Position numbers and translations under genes: made by a program
NCBI GenBank assembly: GCA_963747095.1
Contig: CAVVEL010000022.1
Span: 145,193-209,192, forward strand
Direction of reading: 5' to 3'
Source of the DNA: Terriglobia bacterium
GTDB taxonomy: Bacteria > Acidobacteriota > Terriglobia > JAJPHL01
Length of the DNA: 64,000 bases
Notes under the pieces: model-generated
Seen by the model: the letters and a program-made list of their open reading frames with translations, nothing else
Database searches by the model: none
Told to the model about the DNA's origin: nothing
Shown: piece by piece, positions 8,717-18,216 of the stretch
Position numbering within the stretch: position 1 is the first letter of the stretch
Layout of the letters: each line of letters starts with the position of its first letter

Positions 8717-9991
8717 CTACGCCCCTGCCTCATGTTCGGCTCTGTACATCAGCAACAGCCATTGGCTGAGCTCCAGAGTAAGAGAAGACTCTGTTCTCAA
8801 CACCAGGGCACGGAAATCAAAATCGATATCATCGAGGGAACGTGATGGAGCCTTCGCTTCCTGTACCAAAGCGAGCAGCTCTCCATGATGACCGTGAAGT
8901 AATCCTTTCTCCCGACTGTAGATGCGGCTGCGCCCCCGAAAATTGTACATGGCCTGAATGCCAAAAACGGCGGTCGCTACCGGGGGAAGCGTAATTCCGA
9001 ACAATCCAATAGCGATTGAGGCTATGCTCCCTTCGGCGGCGTCCCCTGCCTCCAAGCCATGATACAGGTGGCAACCGTGGAGAAATGCAACGACGATCGC
9101 GCACAGGAGCGTGAGCTTGAGAAACTGAGAGGCGAATCGTTCGTTCTCTTCGCAGTCGCGCAACTCATTGGCAAACCACAGTAGCTGCTTGCCAAGGCGC
9201 TGGTGGAGATAACACTCCATACGATCTAGGCAGTCAGTGCTCGCTGTCTGCCTGGCGTAAACGTATAGGTGCTCCATCCAAGTCTTCCCACCATAATCTT
9301 GTAATGGGACCAACTCCGAGAGAGCTCCGAAGTCAGTGCCTTCAATCTGTCCTCGTCGCGTTGCCGCCATGCGGGCCGCGGATGACTCATCGTAGCCAAG
9401 ATAGGGACCGACTCCTGCAACCAGCAGATACTGCTCACGGCGCAGAATCTCACATCGGAGTCGATTTCCAATCCATTCCGCAGTAGGCTCTGGCGCGGTC
9501 CATACGAGATACAGAAGAGTCCCTAGACAGAACGCCTCTGAAAGGATGAGGCCAAATGCCCAACCGCCTCCGTGAGGCCAGATAAGAACTTGGAGAGCGA
9601 GCAGGAGAAGCGCAGCCGGCGAAAGAACCGCGGCGCGTATTCCATTGGCGAAGTAATGCCCTTGAGCTTCAACGGCCCGGTTAAGATACTTCCATTGGGC
9701 TTCGTGAAGATGCTTTCCACCTCCGAACGCCTCCGGCTTGCGGACGCCTGTAGGTATGCTTAAGTCGTGGGCGGGAAACTGCTCCCGTCGCTTCGTTCTG
9801 CGCTCGTAGGACGCGCTCCTCTGCCAAAAATAGATCTCCTGCGAAAGCCAGAGCGCAAGGAGGAATACAAGAGGAGAGAACACCACCTGAGCCCAGGATG
9901 CAGATGCGCGAACCCCGGTGGCCAGTGCACCGACGAGGAGCACTGCACCCAAAGCAATTCGTTGCTTGTTTGTTGACTGAGCGAGCATCAT
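8717..9991 (-). CDS. 6-TM membrane protein built from three 'amphipathic helix + 2 TM' units; SLATT-like (speculative)
   Basis: Hydrophobic pairs at roughly aa 12-52, 108-158 and 288-345, separated by charged helical segments with W/Y/R/E-rich motifs ('RCEILRREQYLL', 'YNFRGRSRIYSREKGLL'). Last gene of the signalling operon, 45 nt after the REC-AlbA_2 gene. Confidence 0.5.
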   Translation of the reverse strand: MMLAQSTNKQRIALGAVLLVGALATGVRASASWAQVVFSPLVFLLALWLSQEIYFWQRSASYERRTKRREQFPAHDLSIPTGVRKPEAFGGGKHLHEAQWKYLNRAVEAQGHYFANGIRAAVLSPAALLLLALQVLIWPHGGGWAFGLILSEAFCLGTLLYLVWTAPEPTAEWIGNRLRCEILRREQYLLVAGVGPYLGYDESSAARMAATRRGQIEGTDFGALSELVPLQDYGGKTWMEHLYVYARQTASTDCLDRMECYLHQRLGKQLLWFANELRDCEENERFASQFLKLTLLCAIVVAFLHGCHLYHGLEAGDAAEGSIASIAIGLFGITLPPVATAVFGIQAMYNFRGRSRIYSREKGLLHGHHGELLALVQEAKAPSRSLDDIDFDFRALVLRTESSLTLELSQWLLLMYRAEHEAGA

Positions 9992-10036
9992 CGACCTTGC
10001 GTCCTAAAACACTCTAGCCAAGATTCTTCGACTTGG

Positions 10037-10909
10037 TTATCCCCATCTCGTCTTGCAGTACTCGATTGCCTCCCGCGTAGACAACTGTCGGGTTGAGTTC
10101 CCCGCTCGAATATACAGGTGCTCGCCGCCGCTCCCATCGGGAACGAAGACAGCTCTCCGCGCTGGTCTTGCGGACGCGCGGCACACATCACTACCCTCCA
10201 CGTTTTCGAAGTCGATTCCAATCAGTGGGCTGATGTCCTTTCCAAAAGCCCCGAGCAAGAGTGTCACGAGGAAATTTTCGAAACCGTCTCTGTCTTGTTT
10301 TTTGAGGGTCTTATAGTCATTCTCCAGGCCGACCACGTGACCGCTGTCATCAACCCCAATCAGCAGGAAGCCACCCTCAGAGTTCAGGAATGCTGCTACG
10401 GTCTTGACAATAACGACCTCCAACTCGTGATTTATCTTCTTAAGCCGTACATCCCAGCGAGCCGAAGTCTTAAACTCCAGTCCAGTGCTCTCACCTCTCT
10501 TGATCATCACAGAGACTGGTTCTTCGGGTAGCTTATTCAACGCCTTTCTTACTCGCGCTTGGAGCTCGTTGACGAGATCTTTCTTGCCCTTCGAAATGTA
10601 GTCGAAGGCGCCCACCTTCATACTCTCGACAGCATCTTCAAGCTCCGCGAAACCAGTGAGAATGATCCCTCGTAGGTCAGGCAATGTCTCTCGCAAACGG
10701 CCAAGCAGTGCAATACCAGACACTTCACTCGAAATTCGTTGATCGAGAATCGCGAGGGAAAAGTGCTCTGCCCGCGCCATTGCTTCTGCCTCTCTTGGAT
10801 CCGTTGTAACATGCAATTCATACTCACTCCCAAGCATGTCTTGGATTGTCTCGAGCCATGACTGCTGGTCGTCCACCACCAAGATCCGATGCCTATGCAT
10901 ACAAATCAC
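10037..10909 (-). CDS. Response regulator: N-terminal REC domain fused to AlbA_2 (Schlafen-like) domain
   Basis: REC: 'ILVVDDQQSWLETI...LAILDQRI...ILTGF'. AlbA_2 signature 'ESTGLEFKTS...VKTVAAFLNSEGGFLLIGVDDSGHVVGLE'. 4-nt overlap with the upstream gene. Confidence 0.75.
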   Translation of the reverse strand: MICMHRHRILVVDDQQSWLETIQDMLGSEYELHVTTDPREAEAMARAEHFSLAILDQRISSEVSGIALLGRLRETLPDLRGIILTGFAELEDAVESMKVGAFDYISKGKKDLVNELQARVRKALNKLPEEPVSVMIKRGESTGLEFKTSARWDVRLKKINHELEVVIVKTVAAFLNSEGGFLLIGVDDSGHVVGLENDYKTLKKQDRDGFENFLVTLLLGAFGKDISPLIGIDFENVEGSDVCRASARPARRAVFVPDGSGGEHLYIRAGNSTRQLSTREAIEYCKTRWG

Positions 10910-12165
10910 TCTCCACGACTTCGGTCAGAACTGAGTGTCTGGACCAGTCTTGTGAAGCCATCTCGCTTGAAAAGATCGGTGTATTGGAATCTACTGAAGG
11001 GCTGGCCGCCTTCGCAATCGTCAAGCCGAGCGATGAGGAAGTAAACAGAACCCTCCCGCATGCCATCCTGGCGATCAAGGGCCTGCCTGACCTCCCGACG
11101 AATGACACCTTCCTTGCCAACGGAGTTATTCGATAGGAAGAAAACGAAATAGTCGGACTGTGCTATAGCCCTCCGAATCGCAGGCTCCCATTCTCCCGCA
11201 AGGATACTCTTGACGTCCATCCAAGGTAGAAAGCCCTCTCCTGTTAGCTTCTCGAAAATATGAGATACCCTGATACGATCTGTCTTCTCATAAGAGAGAA
11301 ACACTCGTATCGGCATTGCATGATCGGCGAGAACCCTCGTCACAGCCTCGTGGAGAGTCTTGAGATCCCCCTTGGAGACGTAGTCCAGGGCTCCTCTCCT
11401 GCCGCCCTCGAGTGCGCTCTTGTAGTCTGGCTGTCCCGTAAGGATGATCGCTCGGAGATTGGGCGCGGCCTTGCGCATCTTACTGAGGACATCGAGACCA
11501 TTGACGCCACCGCCCAAAATCATGTCAAGAACGACGAGGGCGAAACGCTCTTTCTTCAGGCGACGGTAGGCCTCCTCGTGGCTCGTTGTCAACGTTAGCT
11601 CGAACTCAGGCTCCAATACCTGCGAGATTGTGTCGAGCCAGGCCTGTTCATTGTCAACAACAAGTAAGTGTTTCCTCCCACGTCGCGCGCTCTTGGGCGT
11701 GGCACCTTGGCGGGTATCGATCTTCAGTTCACGACTAGTGGCACTCGGCGTTTCGATAAGCGGCTTCGGTGGAATCGCCGCGATTGATTGGACGTCAGAA
11801 ATGGCTTCCGTGAAGGCGCTCGTAATCTCTGCCCAATCTATTGGGTTCTTTTTGAGATATCTAAAGGCACCCAATCCCTCCGCCTCAACTTCCGTCTTGG
11901 CCTCCGGAAGTCCTGTCAAAATGATCACTTTCCCCAAAGGGCGCCGTATCGACCTTGCCCGGCGAAGAATCTCAATGCCGGACATATCGGGAAGCATTAG
12001 ATCCAAAAAAATAACGTCAAACTGCTTGGCCGCTATCAGGTCCAACGCGGTTGCCCCATCCTCCGCCTCCGAAACGACGCATTCAAATTCCACAAGGATC
12101 TCCCGCAGAGTCAGCCGAGCGACCTTCCGATCCTCCACAATCAGTACCTGGGCCGCCCTCGTCAT
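10906..12165 (-). CDS. Response regulator with tandem REC domains and C-terminal TIR domain
   Basis: REC1 'VLIVEDRKVARLTL...VIFLDLMLPDMSG', REC2 'LLVVDNEQAWLDTI...LVVLDMILGGGVNG'. TIR: 'IRVFLSYEKTDRIRVSHIFEKL...WMDVKSILAGEWEPAIRRAIAQSDYFVFFLSNNSVGKEGVIRREV'. Confidence 0.8.
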   Translation of the reverse strand: MTRAAQVLIVEDRKVARLTLREILVEFECVVSEAEDGATALDLIAAKQFDVIFLDLMLPDMSGIEILRRARSIRRPLGKVIILTGLPEAKTEVEAEGLGAFRYLKKNPIDWAEITSAFTEAISDVQSIAAIPPKPLIETPSATSRELKIDTRQGATPKSARRGRKHLLVVDNEQAWLDTISQVLEPEFELTLTTSHEEAYRRLKKERFALVVLDMILGGGVNGLDVLSKMRKAAPNLRAIILTGQPDYKSALEGGRRGALDYVSKGDLKTLHEAVTRVLADHAMPIRVFLSYEKTDRIRVSHIFEKLTGEGFLPWMDVKSILAGEWEPAIRRAIAQSDYFVFFLSNNSVGKEGVIRREVRQALDRQDGMREGSVYFLIARLDDCEGGQPFSRFQYTDLFKRDGFTRLVQTLSSDRSRGE

Positions 12166-12911
12166 GTGGCTCCGCCCACAAGGGGAACCGTAATGATAAA
12201 CGAGGCTCCTCTTCCGAACTCACTCTCAACCCTGATCTTGCCGCCAATGAAATCAAGCTGAGTTCGAACTAGCCATAATCCTAAACCGCTGCCTTCAACT
12301 TTCGTCGTAAAGTCCGGTTCGAAAATTCTCCCCTGATCCTCTAGCTTAATGCCTGGTCCATTGTCCTTGATCTCCACGGCCGCACAGCCAACCCATCCAC
12401 CTACTCCCTTCGATGTAGTCACCGTAACTACACCTCTCCTCGTACTCTGTAGCGCCTGGTATGCGTTGATAATGATATTTCTAATTAGTTGAGTAAACTG
12501 AGTACGATACACCTCGCATACGAGGGGTGTCTCGCAGGGAAACACCTTTAACTTCACTGCCTGGGCGTTCTCCAAATGAGACAAGTCGAGTGCCTCCATC
12601 GCATCGCGTACTACTTCATTAATGTCTAGCGGCCCCTTGTCTCCCATGCGATTGGGTGCCAAACCAGCAACCTTATTAGCAAATTCCGTTGCCTGGTTTG
12701 CCGCATCCTGAATAAGTGACAGCTTTCGATCAATTCGTTCGTTCGCCACGCCAATTAACTTTCTTATCCCAATTACATTCGCCGGAATCAATCCGGAAGT
12801 ATTGTTGATTTCGTGAGCCACTGCCCTGACCAGCAAGGACAGATTGGCGTTTCTGTCGGCAATGGCCACAAGCCTGTCATTGGCCACCTTGTACATTTGA
12901 GCATTCTCCAC
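12162..12911 (-). CDS. HisKA+HATPase_c histidine kinase module; almost certainly the C-terminal part of 12877..14991 (one REC-GAF3-HK gene split by a 1-nt indel)
   Basis: H-box 'VRAVAHEINN', G-boxes 'IKDNGPGI', 'GSGLGLWLV'. Upstream of the called start the same frame reads 'ADYVGVAVENAQMYKVANDRL', the canonical GAF C-terminus. Confidence 0.75.
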   Translation of the reverse strand: MENAQMYKVANDRLVAIADRNANLSLLVRAVAHEINNTSGLIPANVIGIRKLIGVANERIDRKLSLIQDAANQATEFANKVAGLAPNRMGDKGPLDINEVVRDAMEALDLSHLENAQAVKLKVFPCETPLVCEVYRTQFTQLIRNIIINAYQALQSTRRGVVTVTTSKGVGGWVGCAAVEIKDNGPGIKLEDQGRIFEPDFTTKVEGSGLGLWLVRTQLDFIGGKIRVESEFGRGASFIITVPLVGGAT

Positions 12912-14991
12912 AGCGACGCCAACATAGTCCGCAAAGGTCCTGAAGAGACTCGAGATCGGCCTCGCAGTAGCGCAGATCGTCCCCGACCTTGTTAATGACC
13001 TTCATCGCACCCACGGTCTTGTCCTTTGCGACTATAGGGACCACCATAAGCGAATCAATATTTCGGATCTCTTTATGCTTCTTCTTCAAGAACGCGCAGA
13101 TTATGTTGTCATACTTGCCATCGTTCTCCTGCGGCGATACTTGAAGCCACGCTCTACCCGTATGGGCAACGGATCCAGTAACACCTTCACCCATGTTATA
13201 GAACGCACCAGTTATCATGGGCATGCCATATGATTGCCTCAATACTATCCTGCCTTCACTGTCGCGCAGGAACAACATACAAATCTCAGCCTGCATTACT
13301 TTCGCCATTTGCTCAATGGTCACCGCCAGGACGTCTTCAATATTCAGTGCCGAACTAATCACCCGCCCAACTTCACCGAGAGAGCGTAGTTGCTCCACTT
13401 GAAGTTCTTTCTCCTTGACCAATTCCGCGTTGCTGATTGCAACGGCGAGATGGCTAGCGGTGATCTCGAGCGCATTTCGGCAGTCACCGCTGAAACCGCG
13501 TTCGAGGAGGCAGTGAAAATCCTGATGGGGCGGGACCCGACCGTAATGCTTCGATTTCTTATTCATCGCACGCAAGACGCCCCGCACCTGATCACCTATC
13601 CGTATCGGCACGCCCAGATAATGAGCCACTTTCCTCGACGGAATATTGTCCAGATAACCCTCTTTTCCGGTGTGATCATACCGCTTGTCCTCCAACGGTG
13701 TCACACGGACGGAGGCCTTAGGATCCGGGAGCTGGATCGTCTCCTGATTCTTAAACACAGCACCAACCAAGCTCTCTCCCGGTCGATAAAACTCTGACGG
13801 TGTCTCGACACGTCTCCCGCCACGGAACTCCGCTACATTCTCGATCACTTGGGTGAGTTCGTTGTAAAGAAAGATAGAAATTACTTCCGGATGCACGATC
13901 GCTGAGATGCCTTGGATAACAGCTGTGTAAATCTGCGGAATGACGTCCGGCCCTTTTAGCCGGCCAATCTTGTTTAACATTTCGCTGATTTGGCTGTAGT
14001 CTCGGTGAATCTCGCCCCGGATCCTCTGCAGCCATGCCTTCGTGAGCGTCAGAGCCGCTAGAGTAACGAACTCACTTACAATACTGGCGCGTTGATCGTC
14101 GAAAAAGGCAACACGGTCTGCGCTGACATTGATCACGGCGTTAACAGCTTGGCCGAAGAGACCGGTGGTGATGGGAATGATATACGCGGAGCGAGCCCGT
14201 TGTAGGTAGAGGCGTTGGGCTGGGGGCGTGGCCTGGTCGGAGAGGGCGGCATCCGCGACCTTCCTGAAATTCACGTCCTTCTGCAAGTCACGGATGTTTG
14301 CAGGACTTCCCGTCTCGACAACTCCTCCGGAAAATGGGTCGCCTTTTGCCTTTGGGAGGGTAAACATCTGGCGCTGAGCTTCGTCTGTACCAGCAAACCC
14401 GCCCAGGCGATAATCCCCATACTCCAGGTCGTACACCCGTATGTGACAGGTGTACGCGCCAACGGTTGATCTAACAGCCGTGCAGATCTCATCGAGAATC
14501 GCCTCGATCTTCTCGTTGGCGCTGATCTTCTGCTGTACATCCAAGAGCAGACGAAGCTTGCGGTTGACCTGTTCCCTCTCGAGATCTTTGAAGGCTTGGT
14601 CTACAGAGAAGCGCAGGGCTTCAGTCCCCGTTTTTGGGAGATAGTTGAAGATCTTATATTCGCCTGCACGTTCGGCCGGCAGGCGACTCTCGTGACCTGT
14701 CAATACGATTACTCTGTATTCAGCCGAACGGTCCTTAATAGCTTCGAGAATGGCGGTACCGGCAACTGTTCCGAGAGACTCAAAGGAGAGGTCGAGTAGA
14801 ATTACTCGAATCTCCGGCTGGTCTCGTAAGATCGCGATACCTTCGTCGGGCGATTCAGCTTCAATGAACGTATAGTTGTCATTCCGGAAAAGATGCTTAA
14901 CCGTCTCACGCGATAACAGTTCATCGTTGACTAGCAGTACGGCTCTACTCATGTTAGTGCTTGCCCCCACATTTGATGATTTCCTGGTCAA
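12877..14991 (-). CDS. REC + three GAF domains (N-terminal part of a hybrid REC-GAF3-histidine kinase)
   Basis: REC 'VLLVNDELLSRETV...VILLDLSF'. Three GAF-like blocks. The last 18 aa ('CGLCWRRCGECSNVQGGQ') are out-of-frame junk. A frame switch at ~12945-12950 (extra T in 'cttt') restores 'LESLQDLADYVGVAVENAQMY'. Confidence 0.75.
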   Translation of the reverse strand: MTRKSSNVGASTNMSRAVLLVNDELLSRETVKHLFRNDNYTFIEAESPDEGIAILRDQPEIRVILLDLSFESLGTVAGTAILEAIKDRSAEYRVIVLTGHESRLPAERAGEYKIFNYLPKTGTEALRFSVDQAFKDLEREQVNRKLRLLLDVQQKISANEKIEAILDEICTAVRSTVGAYTCHIRVYDLEYGDYRLGGFAGTDEAQRQMFTLPKAKGDPFSGGVVETGSPANIRDLQKDVNFRKVADAALSDQATPPAQRLYLQRARSAYIIPITTGLFGQAVNAVINVSADRVAFFDDQRASIVSEFVTLAALTLTKAWLQRIRGEIHRDYSQISEMLNKIGRLKGPDVIPQIYTAVIQGISAIVHPEVISIFLYNELTQVIENVAEFRGGRRVETPSEFYRPGESLVGAVFKNQETIQLPDPKASVRVTPLEDKRYDHTGKEGYLDNIPSRKVAHYLGVPIRIGDQVRGVLRAMNKKSKHYGRVPPHQDFHCLLERGFSGDCRNALEITASHLAVAISNAELVKEKELQVEQLRSLGEVGRVISSALNIEDVLAVTIEQMAKVMQAEICMLFLRDSEGRIVLRQSYGMPMITGAFYNMGEGVTGSVAHTGRAWLQVSPQENDGKYDNIICAFLKKKHKEIRNIDSLMVVPIVAKDKTVGAMKVINKVGDDLRYCEADLESLQDLCGLCWRRCGECSNVQGGQ

Positions 14992-15481
14992 GCACGTCGT
15001 AGTCCAACGGTTTATTGACGAAGCCCTCGCCGAGCTGCAGAGATCTTTCGATGTTATACGGAGTGTTATCTGCGGATATGAAGATAACTGGCGTGTTAAA
15101 TCCTTGCGCTCGCATCATCTCACATACCTCGAACCCATTCCTTTCTGGCATCTTGATGTCTAGGAGAACAAGGTCAATGGCATCCGTACCGCCCATGATA
15201 TCGAGCGCCATGTCTCCGCCTTCGGCCTCAGCAACGTCGGCGCCATATTGTTGAGAAAGCCAAACGGCGAGAGCAGTGCGAAAAATGTCAGTGTCATCCA
15301 CAATCAGTATCCGGCGCAGCCACGGGATCCTATGACGGATGAGGGCATCATCTACGAAAGGCGGGTCAATAGGAGTATTGGAACCGTCTCCCTCCGCACC
15401 GTTCGCAAGAACAAAGTGAAACGCTGGAATATTCACCACGATTGTAAGACCCATGAATTTGGGGGGCGCAAAAGTCGTCAA
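14954..15481 (-). CDS. Single-domain response regulator (REC)
   Basis: 'RRILIVDDTDIFRTALAVWL...LVLLDIKMPERNGFEVC...PVIFISA'; stop overlaps the downstream start. Confidence 0.7.
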   Translation of the reverse strand: MTTFAPPKFMGLTIVVNIPAFHFVLANGAEGDGSNTPIDPPFVDDALIRHRIPWLRRILIVDDTDIFRTALAVWLSQQYGADVAEAEGGDMALDIMGGTDAIDLVLLDIKMPERNGFEVCEMMRAQGFNTPVIFISADNTPYNIERSLQLGEGFVNKPLDYDVLDQEIIKCGGKH

Positions 15482-18216
15482 GCGCGTGTCTCCTTTGGAA
15501 CGGGATGGGCTGGGTGGCTTGCTTGAGTGTCGGTCTGTGCCTGTGCGAGCCGAAACGCTGGCAGAGTGAGCCGAAAACAGATTCCACCACCCTCTTGGGA
15601 CTCAACTACGATGGCGCCACCGTGGCCTTCGAGGATTGTCTTGCTGATGAAAAGGCCGAGACCGCTACCCGTCTCTTTCGTTGTGAAGAGAGCGGTGAAG
15701 AGACTCGTTCTAATATCCTCTGAGATTCCGCAACCATTGTCGCACCAGACGACTAGGATGTCGGCACCTGCGATTGTCATCGCGAGGTTGATCCGCCCGC
15801 CGTATTTCCAACCTCTGGTCGCCCTGATAGCCTTGATCGCGTCGATGGAGTTACCAAAAAGATTTGCGAATACCTGACGTAGCTGATCAGCATCAGCAAG
15901 CACCAGCGCGTCGTCCTCCGGGTACGTAGCCCGGAATTCGACACGACTGGCTTCGGCGCGCTTCTTCATGCTGGCTTCAAACGCCTGGAGAATAGCCTTG
16001 AGCGACACGACCTGCATCGTTGGTGCCGGTGGACTGGCTGTCATGAGAAGATTCTGTAGCTTGCCAAGGGCGCTATTACTTGCCTCGCGGATTGCCGCGT
16101 ACGTCTCAACCGTCGAACCGCCTCTTGATTGTTGTTGTAAGGTCGTCACATATGTCAGGACGGCGCCAAGATCATGCTTGATGTCATGGCCTGTCTTCTC
16201 AGCCAGCTTCCGAAGCGCGGCCAGCGTATCCAGGCGAACCTTCTCCCGTTCCTGGCGGAGCACTTCCCTTTCGTCCTTGAAAACGCCAAGGCGGCCTATT
16301 TCCTTTCCCGCGTTGTCGAGAAAGAGGGTCGCGGACATCCGGATGGGAATAACATTTCCTTGCACATCTCGAATTCGGACACGGCGGTCCCAGATCACAT
16401 GATCCCTGGCTTGGCGAAGATCACGGACAATCTGCTTGGCATCTTCCGGAAATTCGAAATAAGTCTCCACAGACGTGCCCAAAACGTCCTTCTCGATCAT
16501 TCCCCAAATGTTCTCGCATTGCCGGTTGAAGTTCTGAATCTTTCCTAGTTTATCGACCACGATGATTGGATCTGGAGAATTGTAAACTAAATTCTGGAAA
16601 TATTTGTTGCTTTCAATGAATTCGGCATTTCGGATTGCTGAGACGATCTGGGTAGCGATCAGTTTTAGAAGGTCGAAATCTTCTGGTTGAAAACCGTCAC
16701 GAGACAGGCTTGTGCGACCGGCTGGCGGGTCGTAGTCCGGCGCTTTCTTGTTGAGGACTCTGATAACCCCGAGGATGTCACCGCCGATGAGTAGGGGTAC
16801 CCCTATATAGTGACGGGTCTCCCGGGAAGGCAGGAGGCCCGAATAAACATCGGCGTAGTCCTCGTCACGCGGTATCGGGTTCAGCAGGCTCCCTTGCTTG
16901 CTTGCAAATACTCGTCCGGTGAGGCTCTCGCCTTTCTTGTAGAAACGCTCTACCTCCTTGAGCCTCGCGGTCGTCTCGGAATCTGGGCCCGCTACAGCCA
17001 CCTTCTCCAATCTAGCGCCTGCATCCCTGACCACGAAGAGAGCAGCCTCTTCCGAGCGGAGCTCCGCCGAGACAAGCTCCACTACTTTCTGGAAAACCTT
17101 ATCGAGGCCCTGTTCCGCCCGTAGTTGGTGGCCGATCTCGCTAAGCAAATTCAAGCGGCCTTTGTTTTCGTTGTCACGAGACGCGAGGTCTCGATATAGC
17201 TGGGCGTTCTTGCGCGCCATCACGATCAAGGGAGCCATGCTCAACAACTTCCGTACATCGTTAAATGTGTAGTAGTGGAGCCGGTCGCGCGAGAATACTC
17301 CGAGAACACCCAGGAGCGTGCCGTCAATGTTTAAAGGAACAAGGTTCGCAGGGAGGACGGCATTGCCGGGCGAGTCGGGCAACGGAAACGTGGCACGAGT
17401 GCGCCATTCTAACTTTGCCTCTTTGCGGACTCGGTGATAATACTGTTCCACGAAACGGATGGCCTCTGACTCGTCTGATTTATTCCTCGTGAGACTAGTG
17501 TCCACTGGGCTCGCCAACGCATATGTAGCCGTTATCTTCTCACCTTCAACGAGGGCGACCGCGCCGACATCGGAGTTGGTTATCTCCATCGCGGTGCTCA
17601 AGATTGACCGCATGACTTGCGTGATGTCCGCATTTGCTAAGATTTCCCGGTCGATCTTCTCGATCGCAGTGACAAGATTTGCCTCCGCGCGGTCGCGCAT
17701 CCTCGCAAGATTCGTCGCGGTTAGCGCGACTCCTATTTGAACCGCCGCCCAAAGCCAAAACTCGTAGCCACCGCGGCCGCTATCTACAATTCGGACACTG
17801 CCCGCGATCGCGTAGAGAAGTGAGGAGAAGATCGCGACCAAAATGGCGCTAACCGGGCCCAAATACCTCGCTTGGGACAGTATGGGGAAGAGATATAGAA
17901 GGTGCCACGGGCTTCGGAAGCCACCAGTTGAGTTGACCAGCAACGAGATCGCGACCAGGTCCAGCAAGTCCCGAAATGCACGGAACCTTTTCTTCCGGAG
18001 CAGCGGAGACTGCGGGAGTGCGATAGCAAGAATGGTCGCGAGGTAAAAGATGATGATCCAGGAAATACGCTTGGGATGATCGAACACCGGGGTAAACCGC
18101 ACGGCCAGGAGAGTTGCGATCGAGACTGCAAGACGTGTCTGCACCGTCCGTATCCCTGGGTGCAGAGCATGAGTCAGGTTTGCCTTGGCGAGCGCTGATT
18201 GAAGCCGACTCAGCAT
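15478..18216 (-). CDS. Membrane-anchored sensor histidine kinase (multi-TM N-terminus, GAF/PAS region, HisKA, HATPase_c)
   Basis: N-terminal hydrophobic helices; 'HDIKHDL' H-box; 'DNGCGI', 'GSGLGLFISK' ATP-lid motifs at the C-terminus. Confidence 0.8.
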   Translation of the reverse strand: MLSRLQSALAKANLTHALHPGIRTVQTRLAVSIATLLAVRFTPVFDHPKRISWIIIFYLATILAIALPQSPLLRKKRFRAFRDLLDLVAISLLVNSTGGFRSPWHLLYLFPILSQARYLGPVSAILVAIFSSLLYAIAGSVRIVDSGRGGYEFWLWAAVQIGVALTATNLARMRDRAEANLVTAIEKIDREILANADITQVMRSILSTAMEITNSDVGAVALVEGEKITATYALASPVDTSLTRNKSDESEAIRFVEQYYHRVRKEAKLEWRTRATFPLPDSPGNAVLPANLVPLNIDGTLLGVLGVFSRDRLHYYTFNDVRKLLSMAPLIVMARKNAQLYRDLASRDNENKGRLNLLSEIGHQLRAEQGLDKVFQKVVELVSAELRSEEAALFVVRDAGARLEKVAVAGPDSETTARLKEVERFYKKGESLTGRVFASKQGSLLNPIPRDEDYADVYSGLLPSRETRHYIGVPLLIGGDILGVIRVLNKKAPDYDPPAGRTSLSRDGFQPEDFDLLKLIATQIVSAIRNAEFIESNKYFQNLVYNSPDPIIVVDKLGKIQNFNRQCENIWGMIEKDVLGTSVETYFEFPEDAKQIVRDLRQARDHVIWDRRVRIRDVQGNVIPIRMSATLFLDNAGKEIGRLGVFKDEREVLRQEREKVRLDTLAALRKLAEKTGHDIKHDLGAVLTYVTTLQQQSRGGSTVETYAAIREASNSALGKLQNLLMTASPPAPTMQVVSLKAILQAFEASMKKRAEASRVEFRATYPEDDALVLADADQLRQVFANLFGNSIDAIKAIRATRGWKYGGRINLAMTIAGADILVVWCDNGCGISEDIRTSLFTALFTTKETGSGLGLFISKTILEGHGGAIVVESQEGGGICFRLTLPAFRLAQAQTDTQASHPAHPVPKETRA

